Part shown: positions 22,500 through 28,072 of the stretch, piece by piece
Position numbering within the stretch: the first letter of the stretch is position 1
How the letters are laid out: the number at the start of each line of letters is the position of its first letter
DNA from: Abditibacteriaceae bacterium
Lineage (GTDB): Bacteria; Armatimonadota; Abditibacteriia; Abditibacteriales; Abditibacteriaceae
NCBI GenBank assembly: GCA_031372065.1
Contig: JANMKN010000254.1
Span: forward strand, 1-28,072
Direction of reading: 5' to 3'
Length of the DNA stretch: 28,072 bases
Program-made: the position numbers and the translations under genes
Notes under the pieces: generated by a model
Told to the model about the DNA's origin: nothing
The model's input: the letters and a program-made list of their open reading frames with translations, nothing else
Databases searched by the model: none

Positions 22500-23804
22500 T
22501 TATAAATGCCACGGCGCGCGGGGTTGGCGCGCGAAAAGGCGCTCGGCTTGCGGGTCGTTGACAAAACTTTCTGTTTGCGGATTCCATTTGACAGGACGAT
22601 TTAATTCGTAAGCAATATTGCCCAAATGACAAACCGTCAATGTGCGCGCGCCGATAGCGATGTCACAATTGGGTTTGCTACGATTGCGCACCGAATTCAA
22701 AAAATCGGTGTGATGATTGTCGGCGGTGTGCAAATGAATTTCATTCGGGCCGATGCGCTGGCGCGCTAAAGTTTCGGGCCACGTTTTGATGGCGTAGCGC
22801 CAGACGGCCACTTTGCCTTTGTCGCCGAAAAACATCACGCCGTTGCCTTCGCCGCATTCGCGCGCCATGCGATCCGGGTCGCGCGTGACGGTCACGCCGT
22901 TGGCGTAGCGATAGGTCAGCGTTTTGATTTCCTTGCCATCGGGCGGTAGGACTTCGACGGGGCCGCTGTCGTCCATGCCCAAACCCCACTGCGCAATATC
23001 AAAATGATGCGCGCCCCAGTTGGTCATTTCACCGCCGGAAAAATCACGAAAACCCATCCATCCACCAACATAAGCCTCGTTATACGGGCGCCACGGCGCC
23101 GGACCGAGCCACATTTCATAATCAAGCCAATCGGGAACCGGCTGCGCGGGCAAGCGGCAATCGTAAACACCCGCCGGGCCACCGACGGCCACGACAACTT
23201 CTTTCACTTGCCCGATATAGCCGTTGCGCACCAATTCACAGGCGAAGCGAAAATGATAGCTTGACCTTTGCTGCGTGCCCATCTGAAAAATCGTGCCGTA
23301 ACGTCGCATTTCGCGGCGCATGGCAAGCGTTTCTTCGATGGTGACGGAAATCGGTTTTTCGCAGTAAATATCTTTGCCGGCGCGCGCCGCTTGCATCGAA
23401 ACATACGGATGCCAGCGGTCGCCTGTGGCAATGAGAACCGCATCAATATCGGGCCGCGCCAAAAGTTCGCGGAAGTCACGATAAGCCACGCAATCCTGAT
23501 TGCCATAGCGCGCATTCACTTGATTGCGAATATCATTGACGCGGTTGGCATTGACATCGCAAACCGCGACAACTTGCACATCGGCGCGACTAACAAGGCC
23601 ACCTTCGGGCGTCCAAATACCGCCGACAACGTGGCGTCCGCCTTGCCCACCCACGCCAATGGCGCCCATGACAATGCGATTGCTGGGTGCCGTGCGCCCT
23701 TTTCCTGCGGCGCGCACAATTTGCGGCAGCATCAAAGTGCCCGCGCCGACAGCGACACCTTGCTTCAGAAAATTACGGCGCGACAAAGAAGTTTTGGGAT
23801 TCAT
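22500..23804 (-). CDS. Tat-exported Gfo/Idh/MocA family oxidoreductase
   Basis: Twin-arginine signal SRRNFLK (start ATG 23804), IGVGGQG, DAVLIATGDRWH, YCEKP, QMGTQQRS, WLGPAP, WGAHHFD. Confidence 0.93.
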   Translation of the reverse strand: MNPKTSLSRRNFLKQGVAVGAGTLMLPQIVRAAGKGRTAPSNRIVMGAIGVGGQGGRHVVGGIWTPEGGLVSRADVQVVAVCDVNANRVNDIRNQVNARYGNQDCVAYRDFRELLARPDIDAVLIATGDRWHPYVSMQAARAGKDIYCEKPISVTIEETLAMRREMRRYGTIFQMGTQQRSSYHFRFACELVRNGYIGQVKEVVVAVGGPAGVYDCRLPAQPVPDWLDYEMWLGPAPWRPYNEAYVGGWMGFRDFSGGEMTNWGAHHFDIAQWGLGMDDSGPVEVLPPDGKEIKTLTYRYANGVTVTRDPDRMARECGEGNGVMFFGDKGKVAVWRYAIKTWPETLARQRIGPNEIHLHTADNHHTDFLNSVRNRSKPNCDIAIGARTLTVCHLGNIAYELNRPVKWNPQTESFVNDPQAERLFARQPRAPWHL

Positions 23805-23925
23805 AAAGATGAAGAAAAGACAAAGAGCGCGGCTTAAAGTCGCGCCACAGCAGAGCATTTTCAGTTTCCAATTCTTGCCGCATCCTCATTTAAAGGCCAC
23901 ACTGCAAACGACAATTGCAACGCTC

Positions 23926-25044
23926 ATGAAACCCTTTGGAAAACCATTCGCGCTTTTTTCTGTTTTGGCAACTTTTTCTGTTACTTTTTCAACCACTGTT
24001 ATGGCAAACACACACACATTTTATGTCGGCACCTACACGGGGCCAAAAAGTCAGGGCATTTATCGGGGCACGCTCAATAGCGACTCTGGAAAACTCGGCC
24101 CGCTCGAACTCGTTGGCGAAGCGAAGAATCCTTCGTTCGTGGCGCTCAGTCCCGATGGCAAATATCTTTACGCCGCTATCGAAGACAACGCGGGCGCGGT
24201 GGGCGCGTGGAAGCTCAATGCCACTGGCCCAGCGACCATGCTGAACAAGCAATCGTCCGGTGGTGGCGGCGCGTGCCACGTTTGGGTGGATGCGACGGGC
24301 AAAAACGTTTTCGTCGCCAACTACAACACCGGCAACATCGCCAGCTTGCCAGTGAAAGAAGATGGTTCCCTTGGCGAACGCAGCGCTTTTGTGCAGCACG
24401 TCGGTAGCGGCCCCGACCAAGGCCGTCAAAAAGAGCCGCACGCGCACGCGATTTACGCTTCGCCCGACAACAAACTGGTTTATACCTGCGACCTCGGCAC
24501 CGATGAGATCAACATTTACAAACTCGACGCCGACAAAGGCACTTTAACGCCCAACGACCCGCCTTTTGGCAAAGTGCCGCCCGGCGGTGGCCCGCGCCAT
24601 TTAGAATTTGTCGGTGATCGCGTTTATGTTTGCAACGAAATGAAAATGTCCGTGACGGCGTTTAACCGCGACCCGCAAACCGGCGCGCTGACCGAGTTTC
24701 AAACCGTTTCCAGCTTGCCGCCGGACACGTCCATCAAAGGCTTGTCCACAGCGGAAATTTTCGCGCATCCCAATGGCAAAACGCTGTATGTTTCCAATCG
24801 CACGCATGATACCATCGCGGTTTTCGACATCGCCGCCGACGGCAAATTAACGCTTGTGCAAAATGCGCCGTCGCCGAAAATTCCGCGCGGTTTTGATTTA
24901 TCGCCGGACGGCAAATGGCTGGTCGTGGGCGGTCAAAACGATAACACCATTCAAGTGATGAAAATCGAAGCCGACGGCAAATTGACGGCAACCGATAACA
25001 AAACCGAAGTCGGCGGCCCCGTGTGCATTTTGTTTGCTAAATAA
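23926..25044 (+). CDS. Exported 6-phosphogluconolactonase/cycloisomerase-2 family lactonase
   Basis: Signal peptide from ATG 23926. Motifs YVGTYT, NPSF, VANY, RQKEPHAH, DLGTD, GPRH, LYVSNR and PRGF. Confidence 0.92.
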   Translation: MKPFGKPFALFSVLATFSVTFSTTVMANTHTFYVGTYTGPKSQGIYRGTLNSDSGKLGPLELVGEAKNPSFVALSPDGKYLYAAIEDNAGAVGAWKLNATGPATMLNKQSSGGGGACHVWVDATGKNVFVANYNTGNIASLPVKEDGSLGERSAFVQHVGSGPDQGRQKEPHAHAIYASPDNKLVYTCDLGTDEINIYKLDADKGTLTPNDPPFGKVPPGGGPRHLEFVGDRVYVCNEMKMSVTAFNRDPQTGALTEFQTVSSLPPDTSIKGLSTAEIFAHPNGKTLYVSNRTHDTIAVFDIAADGKLTLVQNAPSPKIPRGFDLSPDGKWLVVGGQNDNTIQVMKIEADGKLTATDNKTEVGGPVCILFAK

Positions 25045-25051
25045 ATTCCAA

Positions 25052-25167
25052 AATTAACCGCTAAACCTGCGGCTACGCAAAAACAGCGCAAAAACGACGC
25101 AGATTTTTGATACTTGTGTTGTTTTTGCGAAACGAAGTTGGCGCAGCCAAAGGTTTAGCGGTTAATT
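25052..25167. repeat. Intergenic inverted-repeat element
   Basis: 17-bp perfect inverted ends AATTAACCGCTAAACCT / AGGTTTAGCGGTTAATT, with an internal CGCAAAAAC / GTTTTTGCG pair. Confidence 0.8.
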
Positions 25168-25176
25168 CCTGATTCT

Positions 25177-25791
25177 ATGAAAACACTTCTCGCGCTTTTG
25201 CTTTTCGCGGCTGCTGTTCACGCCGCGCCGGTGCCTTTGTTTGATGGCAAGACTTTCGAGGGTTGGGAAGGCGACACGAAAACAACGTGGCGCCTTGAAG
25301 TCGATGAAATCGTCGCAGGCGCGCCCGATAAAAAGCAGGAACACAACGATTTTTTGGCGACGACCAAAGAGTTTCAAAACTTCGAGTTGCGCCTCAAAAT
25401 CAAGCTGACGGGAACTGAAGGTTTCGTCAATTCCGGCATTCAGTTTTGGTCGCAACGCGTGCCCGATAACTTTGAAATGAAGGGCTATCAGGCCGATTTT
25501 GGCGAAGGATATTTCGGCGCGCTTTACGATGAATCGCGGCGCAACAAAGTTCTCGCCGCGCCCGAAAAAGAAGTTGCCGAAAAAGCCGTCAAACTGAACG
25601 AATGGAACACTTACCGCATTCGTGCCGAAGGAAATCGCATTCAATTGTGGCTCAATGATGTGCCCACTGTGGATTACACCGAAGCCGAAAAAGACATCCC
25701 GCAAAAGGGTTTTATTGGCTTGCAAATTCATGGCGGCGCCAAAGCGCAGGTGCGCTTTAAAGACATTACGATTGAAGAATTGCCGAACTGA
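25177..25791 (+). CDS. DUF1080 (3-keto-disaccharide hydrolase) family protein, exported
   Basis: Signal peptide, LFDGKTFEGW, NFELRL, NSGIQF, GYQAD, EWNTYRI, GFIGLQIHGG, VRFKDI. Confidence 0.93.
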   Translation: MKTLLALLLFAAAVHAAPVPLFDGKTFEGWEGDTKTTWRLEVDEIVAGAPDKKQEHNDFLATTKEFQNFELRLKIKLTGTEGFVNSGIQFWSQRVPDNFEMKGYQADFGEGYFGALYDESRRNKVLAAPEKEVAEKAVKLNEWNTYRIRAEGNRIQLWLNDVPTVDYTEAEKDIPQKGFIGLQIHGGAKAQVRFKDITIEELPN

Positions 25792-25796
25792 TTTGT

Positions 25797-25896
25797 AAAT
25801 AGAACGCGAATTACGCAAAACAGCGCGAATTTTCGCAAATTTCTTTCAAAAGATTTGCGTTTATTGCCGAAAATTTGCGTAATTCGCGTTCTATTT
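25797..25896. repeat. Intergenic inverted-repeat element with 9-mer-like arms
   Basis: 23-bp perfect inverted ends AAATAGAACGCGAATTACGCAAA / TTTGCGTAATTCGCGTTCTATTT. Confidence 0.85.
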
Positions 25897-25908
25897 GAAA
25901 ACCCAACT

Positions 25909-27615
25909 ATGAAACTAATTTTTGCTCTGGCCCTTTTGTTCTTAACTGCGCCGCTAATGGCAGCGACGGATTATCCACTGACCGAAGATTCCAAGGCGCA
26001 TGAGAATGTGCCCAAGGGCGAAATTTTGCGCTTTGCTTTCGAGAAAAGCAAAATCTTTCCCGGCACGCGGCGCGATGTTTCGGTTTATGTGCCCAAGCAA
26101 TACGATGGCACCAAACCGGCGTGCGTTTATGTGAACCAAGACGGCATTCAGTGGAACGCGCCGACAGTTTTTGATAACCTCATCGCCAAAAACGAGATGC
26201 CCGTTACGATTGGCGTTTTCGTGACGCCGGGCGTGGTCAAAGCTGCCAACGAAAACGCTTTGCCTCGCTTCAATCGTTCGCTGGAATATGATGGACTCGG
26301 CCCCGATTACGCCAACTTCTTGCTGAACGAACTGTTGCCCGAAGTTGAAACCATGAAGACTGCTGATGGACGCGCGATTTTGCTTTCTAAAAGCGGCAAT
26401 GACCGCGCCATTGGCGGCAGCAGTTCGGGCGCCATTGCCGCATTTACGGCGGCGTGGGAGCGACCCGATGCCTTTAGTCGCGTCTTCAGCGGCATCGGCA
26501 CTTATGTGGGCCTTCGCGGCGGCAACGAATATCCGACGATCATTCGCAAATACGAACCAAAGCCGCTACGCATTTTTTTGCAGGATGGCTCGGCTGACCA
26601 AAACATTTACGGCGGCGATTGGTGGATGGCGAATCAGGAAATGGAGCGCGCCTTAGCCTTCGCAGGCTACGAAGTCAATCACGCGTGGGGCGATGGCGGG
26701 CACAACGGCGCGCAAGGCACGATGGTTTTTCCCGATGCCCTGCGCTGGCTGTGGAAAGACTGGCCACAATCCGTCAAAGAAGGCGAAGGCGCGCCGCAGA
26801 TGAAAGAGATTCTAATTGCGGGCGAAGAGTGGAAAGAGGTTGGCGAAGGTTTCAAATCGAAAATTGATTTGGCGGTGGATTCTAAGGGCGGAGTGTTTTT
26901 CCCAATCTTTCCTCAAACAAAGGCGAAATCATCTGCAAGAATCATTCAATGGGATGTTATGCAAGATAAATTTAAGCCAAGTGCAATGGCACCAAGGAAT
27001 TTTGAAGGATTGTCAGCGGTGGTTAATAACGGGCTGGTTAAAGCCACAGTAATTGCTAACAGCGGCTGGCGATTCGAGAGTGCACTGGGGCCACTTGATA
27101 GTTCTGCTGCTGGTTATCGCCTTGACCAATTGCCGACGATAATTCAAAACGTTTCAGACAAAGGTCAACGTAAGGTAGTTGATGAAAATGCAAATGGAGC
27201 CGTGAGTTTGACACTCTCCCCTGATCAAACATTGCTTTACGCGGCGGACAACGATCACTGGGTTTACTCCTACCAAATTCAGCCCGATGGCTCTTTGGCG
27301 CATAAGCAAAAGTATTATCATTTGCACGTCCCCGATACCGCCGACAATGCGGGCGCGGGCGGAATGTGCGTTGACCGCGATGGGCGGCTTTATGTCGCAA
27401 CGGCGATGGGCATTCAAGTGTGCGACCAAGCCGGACGCGTTAATTCGATTATTCCGGTTCCCGGCGGCGCGGCGACAAGCGTGGTTTTAGGCGGCGCCGA
27501 TTTTGACACGTTATTTGCGGCTTCCGGTGGCAAAATTTACAAGCGCAAGGTGAAAACCAAAGGCGCGCCGTCGTTTTTGCCGCCGCCGGTTAAACCCGCC
27601 GGGCCGCGATTGTAA
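25909..27615 (+). CDS. Exported fusion: Fes-like alpha/beta esterase + SMP-30/gluconolactonase-like beta-propeller
   Basis: Signal peptide from ATG 25909. Esterase motifs VYVPKQYD, NRSLEYD, GSSSGA (GxSxG), QDG and GGH. Propeller motifs LSPDQTLLY, GMCVDRDGRLYVAT and GIQVCDQAGRV. Confidence 0.88.
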   Translation: MKLIFALALLFLTAPLMAATDYPLTEDSKAHENVPKGEILRFAFEKSKIFPGTRRDVSVYVPKQYDGTKPACVYVNQDGIQWNAPTVFDNLIAKNEMPVTIGVFVTPGVVKAANENALPRFNRSLEYDGLGPDYANFLLNELLPEVETMKTADGRAILLSKSGNDRAIGGSSSGAIAAFTAAWERPDAFSRVFSGIGTYVGLRGGNEYPTIIRKYEPKPLRIFLQDGSADQNIYGGDWWMANQEMERALAFAGYEVNHAWGDGGHNGAQGTMVFPDALRWLWKDWPQSVKEGEGAPQMKEILIAGEEWKEVGEGFKSKIDLAVDSKGGVFFPIFPQTKAKSSARIIQWDVMQDKFKPSAMAPRNFEGLSAVVNNGLVKATVIANSGWRFESALGPLDSSAAGYRLDQLPTIIQNVSDKGQRKVVDENANGAVSLTLSPDQTLLYAADNDHWVYSYQIQPDGSLAHKQKYYHLHVPDTADNAGAGGMCVDRDGRLYVATAMGIQVCDQAGRVNSIIPVPGGAATSVVLGGADFDTLFAASGGKIYKRKVKTKGAPSFLPPPVKPAGPRL

Positions 27616-27628
27616 GAATTGAGGATAA

Positions 27629-27670
27629 AGAAATGGGAAACGAGAATTGCTCTCGTTTCCCATTTCTCTT
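27629..27670 (+). terminator. Intrinsic terminator-like hairpin
   Basis: 17-bp inverted repeat AGAAATGGGAAACGAGA / TCTCGTTTCCCATTTCT, 14 nt after the stop. Confidence 0.8.
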
Positions 27671-27714
27671 GTCATTTTGCCAGCCGCCAGACTTTCTAAC
27701 GCCCATTCATAAGC

Positions 27715-28030
27715 AACGGATATGAATACTGTGCTGATCAATGAATATCCCTAATGAATGGATACTCTGACTCATCCACTTGATACTCTGACTCATCCGC
27801 TGAACTCGATTAATTAGCGAAACAATAATAATACTGTGCTGATCAATGAACTTCCCTCATCAATGGGTCTTCTGCACGCCCGATGGGTAATCTGCACAGC
27901 CGTTTGGCTCGCTTACATCACGAAACAATAAGAATACGAGCCTGATTAATGATCTTCACTAATGAATGGGTCTTCTGCACAGCGTTTCGATGCTCTGACG
28001 CGCCCTTTGGGTCATCTGAACGCGTGCGTC
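27715..28030. repeat. Hierarchical repeat array: about three 103-105-bp super-repeats, each of five 20/21-bp subunits
   Basis: AATACTGTGCTGATCAATGAA occurs at 27725 and 27830, with a variant at 27933. GATACTCTGACTCATCC occurs twice 21 bp apart, and AATGGGTCTTCTGCAC occurs at 27862 and 27965. Confidence 0.85.
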
Positions 28031-28072
28031 AAACTCTTCGATAGGACTTTGCAAACACTCTCACTATGAATC

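Noticed and set aside
23524..23925. N-terminal extension of the lactonase to 506 aa (similarly the track starts at 23858, 25855 and 6946)
   Set aside because: These extensions overlap the divergent gene or intergenic/repeat DNA. Signal peptides indicate starts at 23926, 23804, 25909 and 6961.
27715..28030. CRISPR array
   Set aside because: The repeats are degenerate, the intervening segments are themselves repeated subunits rather than unique spacers, and no cas genes are in view.

Overview
Bacterial chromosomal window with moderately GC-rich coding DNA and many exported or periplasmic proteins. A diderm, possibly Armatimonadota/Abditibacteriota-like host is only an inference from gene style. 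Left to right it holds: (1) an operon of two ExbD/TolR genes, a 1510-aa membrane-anchored TonB-like protein ending in a PA14 glycan-binding domain instead of TonB_C, an exported ankyrin protein, and a multidomain NPCBM-Ig-GH27-GH43-like protein whose catalytic motifs look altered; (2) a sigma70 promoter, 59-aa ORF, strong terminator and a three-tRNA mini-array (atypical His, Trp, degenerate Thr) with hairpin spacers; (3) a sorbosone-dehydrogenase-family lipoprotein, two tandem LpxL-family acyltransferases, a 21-bp repeat array, a nested MITE and an EcxA-type Zn metalloprotease; (4) an Eco29kI-like type II R-M pair, with no CCGCGG found in a manual scan of the window; (5) a GH151-like glycosidase, a deletion scar joining a GIY-YIG fragment to phage-like mini-ORFs, and a sugar-oxidation cluster (Gfo/Idh/MocA, lactonase, DUF1080, esterase-lactonase fusion); (6) a hierarchical 20/21-bp repeat array at the right end. 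The best candidates for undescribed systems are the ExbD-coupled giant TonB-PA14 operon and the putative attenuator-gated atypical tRNA array. All calls come from reading motifs by eye; no searches were run.
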